Shown here: in pieces, positions 9,561-18,973 of the stretch
How the letters are laid out: the number at the start of each line of letters is the position of its first letter
Position numbering within the stretch: position 1 is the first letter of the stretch
Assembly: GCA_965248265.1 (NCBI GenBank)
Contig: CBDFJF010000001.1
Coordinates: 704,001-768,000, forward strand
Source: Candidatus Latescibacterota bacterium
GTDB lineage: Bacteria; Latescibacterota; UBA2968; UBA8231
Length of the DNA: 64,000 nt
Direction: 5' to 3'
The notes under the pieces: model-generated
Told to the model about the DNA's origin: nothing
Database searches by the model: none
What the model saw: only the letters and a program-made list of their open reading frames with translations
Made by a program: the position numbers and the translations under genes

Positions 9561-10595
9561 ATGGCCCAGGTCCCATGGTTTCGCGAGATCGAGCTGTACA
9601 CCTTCGGGTTCGGTGGCTACGACACCTACCGCATACCTGCCCTGGTCACCACCACCTCGGGCTCCCTGCTCGCCTTCTGCGAGGGCCGCCGCGACGGCCC
9701 CGCCGACGACGGCAAAATCGACATCGTCCTCCGGCGCAGCACCGACGCCGGCGCCACCTGGGACGAACAACGCGTCGTCCAGGCCGATGGCGAGGAGACC
9801 ACCGGCAACCCCTGCCCCTTCGTCGACGTCGAGACCGGCGCCGTCTGGCTTTCGTACTGCCGCAACAGCGACCGCGTCTTCCTGACCAGAAGCGACGACG
9901 ACGGCCTCACTTGGTCTTCTCCCGAAGAGATCACGACGCTGGGGGCCAAAGCACCCGAGTGGACATGGTACGCCACCGGTCCCGGCCACGGTATTCAGCT
10001 CTCTACCGGCCGCCTGCTGATACCGTGCGACCACGGCATCGGCAGCCGCCAGGAGGCCCCCTACTCTTACTCGCACGCCCTTTACAGCGACGACCACGGC
10101 CGCAGCTGGCAGTACAGCGAGGAACTCCCCTACGGCAGCAATGAATGCCAGGTGGTCGAAGCACAGGGCGGCAAAGTGTACATGACCTCCCGCAACCCGG
10201 TGGCCGGCGGCCGCACCGAAGCCTGGAGCAGCGACGGAGGCCACAGCTGGTCCGAGCTCGTCGTCCGACACGACCTCCCCGACCCGGTCTGCCAGGCCAG
10301 CATCGTCCGTCTTACCGACGCGGACAGCGGCGATCGAAATCGGATCCTGTTCTGCAATCCGGCCAACGCCTCTCGCGATAACATGACCATCCGACTGAGC
10401 TATGACGAATGCCAGACCTGGCAGGTCTCCAAGCGCCTGTACCTGGGCCCCTCCGAATACTCCGACCTCGCGATCGCCGGGGATATGACCATCTGTTGCT
10501 CGTACGAGCGAAGTAGCGACGAGTATTACGAGAGCATCCGCCTGGCCCAGTTCAACCTCGAGTGGCTTACCGACGGCGCCGATTCATTGGGGTAG
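9561..10595 (+). CDS. Sialidase family protein (GH33/BNR)
   Basis: YRIP motif and five Asp-box-like S-x-D-x-G-x-T/S-W motifs. Confidence 0.9.
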   Translation: MAQVPWFREIELYTFGFGGYDTYRIPALVTTTSGSLLAFCEGRRDGPADDGKIDIVLRRSTDAGATWDEQRVVQADGEETTGNPCPFVDVETGAVWLSYCRNSDRVFLTRSDDDGLTWSSPEEITTLGAKAPEWTWYATGPGHGIQLSTGRLLIPCDHGIGSRQEAPYSYSHALYSDDHGRSWQYSEELPYGSNECQVVEAQGGKVYMTSRNPVAGGRTEAWSSDGGHSWSELVVRHDLPDPVCQASIVRLTDADSGDRNRILFCNPANASRDNMTIRLSYDECQTWQVSKRLYLGPSEYSDLAIAGDMTICCSYERSSDEYYESIRLAQFNLEWLTDGADSLG

Positions 10596-10744
10596 CTGTT
10601 TGGCCGCCTGGACGACGCTCTCGACAAGAACGTATTCGTTGGGCCCGTAGCAATGGTAGAGCATGCCGGGCCCGAACGGGGGGATGCAGGGAATGCCGGC
10701 CAACAGCTGAAAGGACGTCGCGTCGGTGGCCACCGGAAACGTCG

Positions 10745-11035
10745 ACAGCTCCGGCACCTGGCAGTGCAGCCTACAGTGCGTCAAAGGCAGCGCTAAGCAC
10801 CTTGAGTCTAACGATGGCCCGCGAGCGGACAACCACAAGCATCCTCGTAAACGCCATGAGCCCTGGTTTTCTCCAAACGGATATGAACCCACATGGCACC
10901 CAACCGCCGAGCGCTGCAGTGCCGACGGCCATCGAGCTCGCCACACAGCCTGATCACGGTCCGAGCGGACGATTCTACCGCTTTCAAGAAGAGGTCACCG
11001 TGATCCCTGCGTCGTCGAGGTCGTGGACGAAGTAG
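10745..11035 (+). pseudogene. SDR oxidoreductase C-terminal fragment
   Basis: YSASK, VNAMSPG..QTDM; Rossmann N-terminus absent. Confidence 0.65.
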
Positions 11036-11055
11036 CGTCAGCAGCGCGTCGTGGT

Positions 11056-11084
11056 TGTCCGTCGGCGACAGAAACTGATGGTCA
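11056..11084 (+). repeat. 29-bp site #6
   Basis: tgt ccgtcggc-GACAGAA-actgatgg tca. Confidence 0.85.
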
Positions 11085-11301
11085 TCTCTCTTGTGCCTGT
11101 TTTAGAACGCCTCGATCTTGGTGGGAAGCGGCCCGATTGGAGGATCGACATGAATCGTTTACGCGCCATAGGGCTGCGAAATCAATCTGTTCACGCAGGT
11201 GATATTACAATGCTGGAACTGCTCGAACGAGCACGGCGTGTAACCCGTTCGTGAGCATAGTCCTCGCCCAACTCCCTCCTGCGCCACGGCGGGGGCGTTG
11301 C

Positions 11302-11330
11302 CGTCCGTCAGGTCCTATGTCTGATGGGCG
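11302..11330 (+). repeat. 29-bp site #7
   Basis: cgt ccgtcagg-TCCTATG-tctgatgg gcg. Confidence 0.8.
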
Positions 11331-11482
11331 GTCGAAATGATGGTTTCGTCTACGGTCGGAACTTTGTGTCCGAACCAACGTCAATTCAGCGAGCCACATG
11401 ATCCTACACTCTGATTGGCTGACACCTTCCTTTTGGCCCAAGAGTTCCCCACACATATGCCTACCAAGCCTGGCGCTGATAG

Positions 11483-12865
11483 TTGACCCCGCATACACAT
11501 TGGGTTGAGCTGATTACGGCAGAATCGGCCGAATCGCGCTTTGTGCGTCATCGTCGGCTTATACGCTTTCCGCAACTTACCATGCCGCTCATCGCTGCCT
11601 ATACACCCGCTCACTGGCGAGTCACCCACACTGACGAGATAGTGCAGCGTGTCCGTTTCGACAGGCCCTTCTCACTGGTCGCCATAACGGCTAACACCGC
11701 AGCCGCTCCACATGCTTATGCCCTGGCAGCCGAATACCATGCCAGAGGCATTCCCGTCGTGATTGGAGGGCCACATGCGACGCTGATGCCGGAAGAGGCA
11801 ACCCAACATGCTGATGCTGTCGTTGTCGGAGAGGGAGAGCTTGTATGGCCCAGCCTGCTCCGTGATTGTGAACTGGGGCAGCTGTCATCGGTATACCGAT
11901 CTGAGGACCTGCCTGATCTGAGGAGTATGCCGGCACCCCGCTGGGATTTGATCAAGGGGCGCGTATACGGAAAAGGAGTCACCATCGCGACGAGGGGATG
12001 TCCGTTCGACTGCGACTACTGCTCAATTCCGGCCATGTATCAACGCCGCATGCGCTACCGACCAGTCAACGAGGTCGTGGATGAAGTTCGCCGCATGCCC
12101 GGCCGGGCACTGGTCTTGTGGGACGACAACATCGGCGCCAACCGCAAATACGCCAAAGAACTCTTCGAGGCACTCGCGCCACTAAACAGATGGTGGACCA
12201 GCCAGGCTACCCACGACGTCGCATTCGACGACGAATTCCTCACTCTAGCAGCCAGGAGCGGATGCAAAGCCCTGTTCCTCGGCCTCGAATCCACCTCCCA
12301 GGAGAGTCTGAACGCTGCCAACAAGCGTCACAACAAAGTTTCCGTCTACGAGGACGTAGTGCATAGATTCCACGAACACCGAATTGCGATTCAGGCAGGA
12401 ACAGTCTTTGGATTCGATCACGACGAGCGATCCATTTTCCGGAACACGGTGGATTTTTTCCGCGACATCGCCATCGACTCAGCGACCATCGGCATCCTGG
12501 TCCCCTACCCCAACACACCTCTGTTCCAGCGCCTCGAATCAGAGGGGCGCATCCTGACGCGGGATTGGTCGAAATACGACGGAAAGAAGCATGTAGTCTT
12601 CAAACCTGCCCGGATGTCTGCGGAAGAGTTGCGCATGGGCACGGAGTGGGCAGCTCGCCAATTCTATTCAGTCGGCTCAATTGCTGAGCGCATGTGGAAA
12701 TCGAGGACAGGCCTCTGGTGGAATATTGCCCGTAACGCTGGATACCACTTGGCTCTTCGCAATTTCGGTAGCGTGGGTTATGACCCGGCCGCAGCGAAGA
12801 GATGGAGCAACCAGACCGACAGATCAGGACGAAACAATCTGCCTGGGACGCCGGTTGACCTTTGA
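11483..12865 (+). CDS. B12-binding domain radical SAM protein
   Basis: GGPHAT, VVGEGE, RGCPFDCDYC; start uncertain. Confidence 0.88.
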   Translation: MTPHTHWVELITAESAESRFVRHRRLIRFPQLTMPLIAAYTPAHWRVTHTDEIVQRVRFDRPFSLVAITANTAAAPHAYALAAEYHARGIPVVIGGPHATLMPEEATQHADAVVVGEGELVWPSLLRDCELGQLSSVYRSEDLPDLRSMPAPRWDLIKGRVYGKGVTIATRGCPFDCDYCSIPAMYQRRMRYRPVNEVVDEVRRMPGRALVLWDDNIGANRKYAKELFEALAPLNRWWTSQATHDVAFDDEFLTLAARSGCKALFLGLESTSQESLNAANKRHNKVSVYEDVVHRFHEHRIAIQAGTVFGFDHDERSIFRNTVDFFRDIAIDSATIGILVPYPNTPLFQRLESEGRILTRDWSKYDGKKHVVFKPARMSAEELRMGTEWAARQFYSVGSIAERMWKSRTGLWWNIARNAGYHLALRNFGSVGYDPAAAKRWSNQTDRSGRNNLPGTPVDL

Positions 12866-12985
12866 GCAGCTCAGGAATATCACGGATACGGAAGATATCC
12901 CTGGTGGGGCTGACGCAGATTCAGGCAGGGTTGCAGAGTGCGTCGTGAAGCCAGCAGCGATTGGCTCATTGTTGCTGCGTCATAG

Positions 12986-13014
12986 CGACCATCACCTCCA
13001 TACTCCGAGGCGCG
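12986..13014 (+). repeat. 29-bp site #8
   Basis: cga ccatcacc-TCCATAC-tccgaggc gcg; lies between convergent genes. Confidence 0.8.
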
Positions 13015-13019
13015 CATCC

Positions 13020-13442
13020 TTAGCTGATCACTCGACTGTACAGCACAGCGCTCTCGTCTGGCCCATAGAAGTCCTTTAGGATCGCATCCACCAGGAACCC
13101 GCTGGCGTCGTAGAAACCGCGTCCTTCCTGATTCCTCTCTTCGCAGAGTAGGTATACTCGCCATAGGCGGTAACCCAGATTCAGACCGGTGATATAGGAC
13201 TTCATGTCCGCAAGGCCGGCTTCCCAGAGCATCGTTCCCAAGCCCTTGCGGCGATCCATCGTATTGTAGATTGCCATCTCCTTGATCTCGGCTGTAGCCG
13301 ACCAACGGCTGGCTAGTCTCCAGACTAACTCACCACGAATACTGTTCTCAGCATCCAGTAGACGGACAGCCCTTTGACCCTCGATATAGTCAGCGTTATC
13401 GGCTGGCTCATGCTCTCTCATATGCACAATATCGATTTTCAT
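13020..13442 (-). CDS. GNAT acetyltransferase (RimI-like)
   Basis: RRKGLGTML, N..GRGFY..SGF. Confidence 0.8.
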   Translation of the reverse strand: MKIDIVHMREHEPADNADYIEGQRAVRLLDAENSIRGELVWRLASRWSATAEIKEMAIYNTMDRRKGLGTMLWEAGLADMKSYITGLNLGYRLWRVYLLCEERNQEGRGFYDASGFLVDAILKDFYGPDESAVLYSRVIS

Positions 13443-13544
13443 TGCTCGCCCTCGTATGGTTTGTCTGATGTAACGGACAGCAATCGCTGCTTGCGGAGTG
13501 GCGTTAAGCGCCTGGTGACTCCCGCCTGCACGCACGTCATCCCC

Positions 13545-14130
13545 TCAGACTATTGACTCAAATCGGTCGAAGAGCTCAGAAACTGTCGTCGTGCGCTGCC
13601 CGACCTCGAGATACTCGAACACTTTTGTTCGCACGAGCATGCCGACGACGTCAGCCTTCTCGGCGTCGCCGAGGAAACCACCATGCTCACGATAGCCGGC
13701 AAGAAATGACTGAAAGAGCGTTACATATCGGCCGTCGTTGGCCCCAAGCCTGCTTCATCCATGTCGATCAGTGAGAACGACGTCCCGTCGGCCAACGTGT
13801 TCGCGCGCAACACAGGTCACCGTGAATAACGCTCCACCGCATCCGGCTTCTCCACTCGAGATCTCGCTCGCGATCGAGCAATCTCATCACTTTCGAAATA
13901 TCCTCCGACGAGAACAGACCAGAATCCCTGACATGCTGACGGAATTCCGCCTCCCGATTGAAGCCGGGTATGATGAAATCTTTGATGTACAGCGACTTGT
14001 TCAGCAGATGGGTATCGACTTCAAGGCCGGCCACGTGCAGTTTAGCCACCAACGTACCGGTGCGGTATGCTGTATCCCTCACATTGCGGTTCCACATGTG
14101 TTTCGCCAGTCTTTATGCATTTCAGTTTAA
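13545..14130 (-). pseudogene. Degraded phosphotransferase
   Basis: AKLH...VIHGDL, then frameshifted LIDMDEAG with an internal stop. Confidence 0.55.
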
Positions 14131-14167
14131 ATCACGACCAACCTGCTTGACGGAGTGCCACAGACCG

Positions 14168-15097
14168 ATGCAACATGGACAGACCACCAAACAGCTCGCG
14201 AAGAAGATCGCGGAAATGGATTATGCGCCATACACCCCGGAGGAGGTGCGCCAGCGGATGGGAATTTCTACGATGTCGCTGATGGCCGACAGCGATCCGA
14301 ACCTGGGGGTCGATGAGCAGGCATTACGTCGTGCGGTCGAGGTAGGAGCGTGCAAGATCGAGATCGGTGCCGACTACGGCCCAAGTCATTTTCCTTACCA
14401 TGACCCGGCAGCCATCAGGGAGCTGAAAAAGCTATATAAAGATTGTGGCGCAGAAATTTATTCTATCCACTCGCCGTACGGTCACGATCCGCTTCAGTGG
14501 GACCTGGAAGATTGCAAACGACTTATCGAAACGATGGCTGCCGTCGGCGCCAAGGTATTGCTGTTGCACTGCCTTGTCTGGGGCAAGAAGCAGTGGGGGC
14601 CGGCGGTAGAGGTGATGAACCACCTTGTGCGATTGTGTCGGCCGCACGACATCTGGCTTTCCATCGAGACGGATCTGGACATGACGCACGACGCCAATTT
14701 CGCCGATTGGTTTGAGTTCCCGCAAGTAGGTATCTGCTGTGATACCGGACACACGGGCGCGTTTTTCGGCGGGTTAAACATTCTGGAGATGCGATACAAT
14801 GCCCTGCGCTGCATGACAACGTCGGTCGGCAAACTGAACCATTTACACCTGTCGGACGTCTCGGTGGAGCCGCGTGCCCGTCCCCATGCGACCCAAGAGC
14901 TGAGGCCACGCCGCGACCACTGGCCTCCGGGTCAGGGCTCAAGCCACTGGCAGGGGTTTATGCTACCCATCAAGGCCATGAATTATCCTGGCGCATTTAT
15001 CTTTGAAATCTGGACAGAAGACCCGCAGCGCTTTGAAAAACTGGCGACATTCCCGGAACGCCTGGCTGTTGGAGAGCTTGGCAAGTATGAAGCGTAA
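14168..15097 (+). CDS. Sugar phosphate isomerase/epimerase (TIM barrel)
   Basis: SIHSPY, LSIE, CDTGH, HLHLSD, DHWPPGQG. Confidence 0.8.
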   Translation: MQHGQTTKQLAKKIAEMDYAPYTPEEVRQRMGISTMSLMADSDPNLGVDEQALRRAVEVGACKIEIGADYGPSHFPYHDPAAIRELKKLYKDCGAEIYSIHSPYGHDPLQWDLEDCKRLIETMAAVGAKVLLLHCLVWGKKQWGPAVEVMNHLVRLCRPHDIWLSIETDLDMTHDANFADWFEFPQVGICCDTGHTGAFFGGLNILEMRYNALRCMTTSVGKLNHLHLSDVSVEPRARPHATQELRPRRDHWPPGQGSSHWQGFMLPIKAMNYPGAFIFEIWTEDPQRFEKLATFPERLAVGELGKYEA

Positions 15098-15265
15098 TTT
15101 GCGGATGGGCATTGTCTTCTTCCTGTCATGGCGCTTCCGATGTTATGAGTGATCCGGTAAGATGGTCTCATCTCATCGGTGCATTATCCAGGTACCGCAC
15201 TGGCCGACTAGAAGCAAGCCCTTGTCAAGCGGGCAAGACTTAATCTGGAAAAATCCGGAGAAAGG

Positions 15266-16798
15266 ATGGGGACCATTCCGACAGCAAGTCTCTACAACTG
15301 GGCGATGAACGAGCAGTCGTTTCGACGGGGTACCCAGACGCTGCGCGGATCACACGACATTATCTCGACCGAGCCGGTGCAGGTTGGACACGACCGTCAG
15401 TTGCTCATGGACTTCCATGTCGTGGAGGACCTAAACAACGCTCGTCGCAGGGTGCACCCACCAGCCAGGCACCCAGAAAATCCCGTCATCACCATGGAAG
15501 CCCTGGAGGGCAAGGCCATGCCCTATGGCGGAACGGTCTTGCAGGACGGCGACACGGGCAGGTTGCGCATGTGGCTGAGCCTTGGGGATCTTCGCCAGAC
15601 CGGGGCCGCTCAGTACGGGTGTTGCTGCGAATCCGATGACGGACTTCTGTGGCATGCAGCCGACCAGGAGCCCAGCAGTCGCAGAGGCGTCAAAGCCGAT
15701 GCTGCCGCACTGGACAGCACCCGCACGACGCCGGGGTCGGTCCTGCTCTTGCCAGAGCGCATGCATGATCGAGGCCGGTATGGAATGTGCTATGCGAACT
15801 ACCTGACGAAAGAGCAGATTCCCCATCCGGAGACGATGCACCACATGCGGTACTTCACCGCCTTCAGCGAGGACGGTATCCACTGGACCGATGCGCCGGA
15901 AAATCCCGTCTGGGTCGGCCGCAACGACGGCACCAACTCCATAGTCTACAACGCAGAACGCGATGTATTCATGATCTACCGTCGGTCCACCATTAATGCA
16001 GGAGAAATCCGGCGGATCGCTTATTCAGAGAGCCGCGACCTGATCTCGTGGACCCAGCCGGTCACTGTGATCACGCGGGACGAGCTGGACCCTCTGTTTC
16101 TATACGCCATGCCTGTTTCGTATTATCACGGTGTCTATCTGGGCTTCCTGTACCGGTTGGACTGGCACCCCGACTACGAGCAGAATCGAATGCTGGACAA
16201 TGGCAAGGACTTCAAGATGGACACCGAACTGGTCTGGAGCCGAGATGGCGTAAATTGGCAGCGCCACTTGCAGCGACCGGCGTTCCTGCCGCTGTCTTCC
16301 CCGAGCATGGGGGCGTACGACTGGGCGTTTGCTACGGGCATGAACAACATCATCGAGAGGGACGATGAAATTTTAATCTACTACGGTGGGCGCGAGTATC
16401 TGCACAAGCCCGGCGCACGGATCGACGAAGACCCGTTGCGCAGTCACATCTGCTTGGCCACGCTGCGGCGCGACCGGTTCGTCTCGGTCGGCACCAGGCC
16501 TGACGGTGGATACATGCTCACCCGGCCGCTGGCCTATCCCGGCGGGAGGCTGCACATCAATGCCGAGACCGCCCCTGATGGGTTTATACGCGTCGCGGTG
16601 CGAGAAGCTCGCGGCGTCCGAGATGGCGAGTGGCCCGAAGACTGGCGATTTGACAAGTCAGTACCATTCTCCGGAGATAGCATTGACCACACTATGGCTT
16701 GGCAAGGCGACAATACACTCGAAGCCTTCCCCGACAAGATGCTGCGTCTGCACTTCTGGATAGAAAACGCAGACTTGTATTCCTTCTGGTTTGAGTGA
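15266..16798 (+). CDS. Five-bladed beta-propeller glycoside hydrolase-like protein
   Basis: SDDGLLW / SEDGIHW / SRDGVNW, LATLRRDRFVS; paralog at 41291. Confidence 0.75.
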   Translation: MGTIPTASLYNWAMNEQSFRRGTQTLRGSHDIISTEPVQVGHDRQLLMDFHVVEDLNNARRRVHPPARHPENPVITMEALEGKAMPYGGTVLQDGDTGRLRMWLSLGDLRQTGAAQYGCCCESDDGLLWHAADQEPSSRRGVKADAAALDSTRTTPGSVLLLPERMHDRGRYGMCYANYLTKEQIPHPETMHHMRYFTAFSEDGIHWTDAPENPVWVGRNDGTNSIVYNAERDVFMIYRRSTINAGEIRRIAYSESRDLISWTQPVTVITRDELDPLFLYAMPVSYYHGVYLGFLYRLDWHPDYEQNRMLDNGKDFKMDTELVWSRDGVNWQRHLQRPAFLPLSSPSMGAYDWAFATGMNNIIERDDEILIYYGGREYLHKPGARIDEDPLRSHICLATLRRDRFVSVGTRPDGGYMLTRPLAYPGGRLHINAETAPDGFIRVAVREARGVRDGEWPEDWRFDKSVPFSGDSIDHTMAWQGDNTLEAFPDKMLRLHFWIENADLYSFWFE

Positions 16799-16810
16799 TA
16801 CAAGCGGCTA

Positions 16811-16980
16811 CATATCACCCGGGTTCCCTGGGCCAAGCTGCTCGCCCGTGTGTTCGAGATCGATTTCGCCGCCTGACTAGCCCACCCTCGCGTGATCTGA
16901 ACGGATCGATGCGTTCGAAGGGGCCATTCCGAGGTCGAAATCGACACGAAAACCGATACCGTCAATAAACTTGCCTATCC
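16811..16980 (+). mobile_element. IS91/ISCR-family remnant: transposase tail plus oriIS-like end
   Basis: Translates RVPWAKLLARVFEID; ends in AAACTTGCCTATCC. Confidence 0.55.
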
Positions 16981-16985
16981 CCAAA

Positions 16986-18620
16986 TCAGAAAACGAACAC
17001 CTCCAACTCCTCCATGTATGGCGGCTGGGGCTTGGCGGTCAAATGTCCGGCGGTAATGCCCAGTTCGTTCGTGAACCGCAGCGGCGGGCAGTCGGCGAGT
17101 GCCAGTTCGAACCACGTCGCCGGCGGATCGCTGTCGGGCCGGTGGTCGCGCCGCACCCGGTCCGGCGGCACCTCCTGTCCGTTGATGTCCAGCGAGATCT
17201 CGTCGCCCGGATCGATGAAGAAGACCTGAAACCGCATCTTCCCGTCCAGTCGTTCGCCATCGCGGCCATCGGCCATGCGGAAGCTGTACACCTGCCGCGA
17301 CCCGATACGATCGGGGCCGAACGTGAGGATCTGGCAGTTCGTGTTCCCGGTGGGGCCGTGATACTGGCGATTGACCGCGTAGTTGCGCCAGGGCGTTTCG
17401 ACCCACTTCCACATCGGCAGAAAATGATAGTGCCGCGGGCCGGCGAGCGCCGACTGCGGGCTACTGACCGCATTCATCCAGCTCAGCATCCGGGCCCGGT
17501 GCTCGGGGCCGGACCACTTGCTGCTGTCGGTCATGTTGCAGCAGGTGTTCCAGAATGACACGCCCTCGGCGCCCCCGGCGTAGGCGTTCAGGGCCGCGGC
17601 CCGGGCTTCGGCGTCGGTGTTGAGCAGGCCGTGGTAGTTGTCCATGGTGATGGCCAGGCCCCGTTCTCGGCCGACCAGAGAGGGCTTGCCCTGCCAGACG
17701 CCGCCGATCATGTCGCCCATCTGTGCTAACAGCGAACAGTTCGTCGCCTTCGTGAAAGATGCGAAAGGCTCCATCGCGATCTGGGGGTCGCTGTAGTTGT
17801 AGTCGCTGACCGCCAGGTAGTCCGCCCAACCGCGTTCGACCCAGGTTTGCGGTTCGAGACCGGCGTCGCGGCACTCGGTCAACGTAGAGGGCACGCGCAC
17901 GCCCAGTGTCAGATGTTCGCGACCTTGGGTTCGGGCGGCCTGATTAAGGATCGCTCTCACTTCACCTACGAACTCGGTCATGATCGGCGCCTTTTGCGGC
18001 GCTTCTTCCCGCACGAAATGCTTGCCCCAGCGGATAAAGTTGAGTTCGATGCCGTCGACCTCCTTCCGGTTGGCCAACTCACGGAGAATCGCCAGCCGGT
18101 GCTGCCGCACCTCGGGAAAGGAGTAGTCCAGCGCGGTCTCCTCGACGCCATCCGGAAGCGTGTCGCTGCGCCGGATGACCCACTCGGGATGATCGATGGT
18201 GATCTGCGGGCAGAAGGCGTCCGCGGGATCGATCTTGACCACATGTGTGTCGCCCATGCGCATTTCGGCGAGGAACTCGACACCGTGCTCATGCACGTAG
18301 TCGGCGAACACGGTCAGTGAATCGCTGCCGCTCTGCTCGAGCCTGCGAATGGTCGTGGCGATGTGGCGCATATGCGGGACACCAATATCCTCGAGGTTGG
18401 CGAACCTGCGCCCGACGGTCTCACCGGCCTCACTGAGGCAGAACATGATGTCCGGTTCGGCCACCGAGAGCGCGAAGCTGTCGAGGCGGATGTGGTCGAA
18501 CACACGATCCAGATATCCCCGCAGGCGTTCGACCGGGTCGCCGCTGGCGCCCATGCCGATGGCGCCACCGTCATCGTTGAAAATGACCCTGTGCCGTTTT
18601 TTCACGGATGGCTCCGTCAT
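16986..18620 (-). CDS. GH-like TIM barrel protein (GHL10/DUF187-like)
   Basis: IFNDDG, MRMGDTH, LDYSFPEVR, DGIELNF. Confidence 0.75.
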   Translation of the reverse strand: MTEPSVKKRHRVIFNDDGGAIGMGASGDPVERLRGYLDRVFDHIRLDSFALSVAEPDIMFCLSEAGETVGRRFANLEDIGVPHMRHIATTIRRLEQSGSDSLTVFADYVHEHGVEFLAEMRMGDTHVVKIDPADAFCPQITIDHPEWVIRRSDTLPDGVEETALDYSFPEVRQHRLAILRELANRKEVDGIELNFIRWGKHFVREEAPQKAPIMTEFVGEVRAILNQAARTQGREHLTLGVRVPSTLTECRDAGLEPQTWVERGWADYLAVSDYNYSDPQIAMEPFASFTKATNCSLLAQMGDMIGGVWQGKPSLVGRERGLAITMDNYHGLLNTDAEARAAALNAYAGGAEGVSFWNTCCNMTDSSKWSGPEHRARMLSWMNAVSSPQSALAGPRHYHFLPMWKWVETPWRNYAVNRQYHGPTGNTNCQILTFGPDRIGSRQVYSFRMADGRDGERLDGKMRFQVFFIDPGDEISLDINGQEVPPDRVRRDHRPDSDPPATWFELALADCPPLRFTNELGITAGHLTAKPQPPYMEELEVFVF

Positions 18621-18878
18621 GATCCTCGCCTTTCATGCTCACTGCGCCGCAGCAAACCCCCATGTCCCGAACCGGTGGAACTCCACGCCGTAGTCGAATC
18701 CCGAGCCTCTCATCCGGCATCTCCGTCGAGGGTGGGCTCAAACCCTTGAGGGAATTGCACCGCTCGAAAGACCGTGCCCGCTGGCTTGTGGCCTGCGGCG
18801 GCGGACGCCAGAGCCATCAGGATTGCGGTGCGGATGCGTATAGTTGTCATAAGCGAATTCCATCAGTGCGGGGAAACC

Positions 18879-18907
18879 CGATCATCGGTTGCTCAGTCTG
18901 ACGTTCA
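18879..18907 (+). repeat. 29-bp site #9
   Basis: cga tcatcggt-TGCTCAG-tctgacgt tca. Confidence 0.8.
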
Positions 18908-18973
18908 CCGATTCTGCCATGTCCGACGACTTCGACAAGGCGGTTGTCACAACCGGCCCGATTGGCGGGCGGA

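Noticed and set aside
13468-13509. GCTTAAC...GTTACAT attC-like ends on the minus strand
   Set aside because: About 42 bp, too short for attC, with weak internal pairing.
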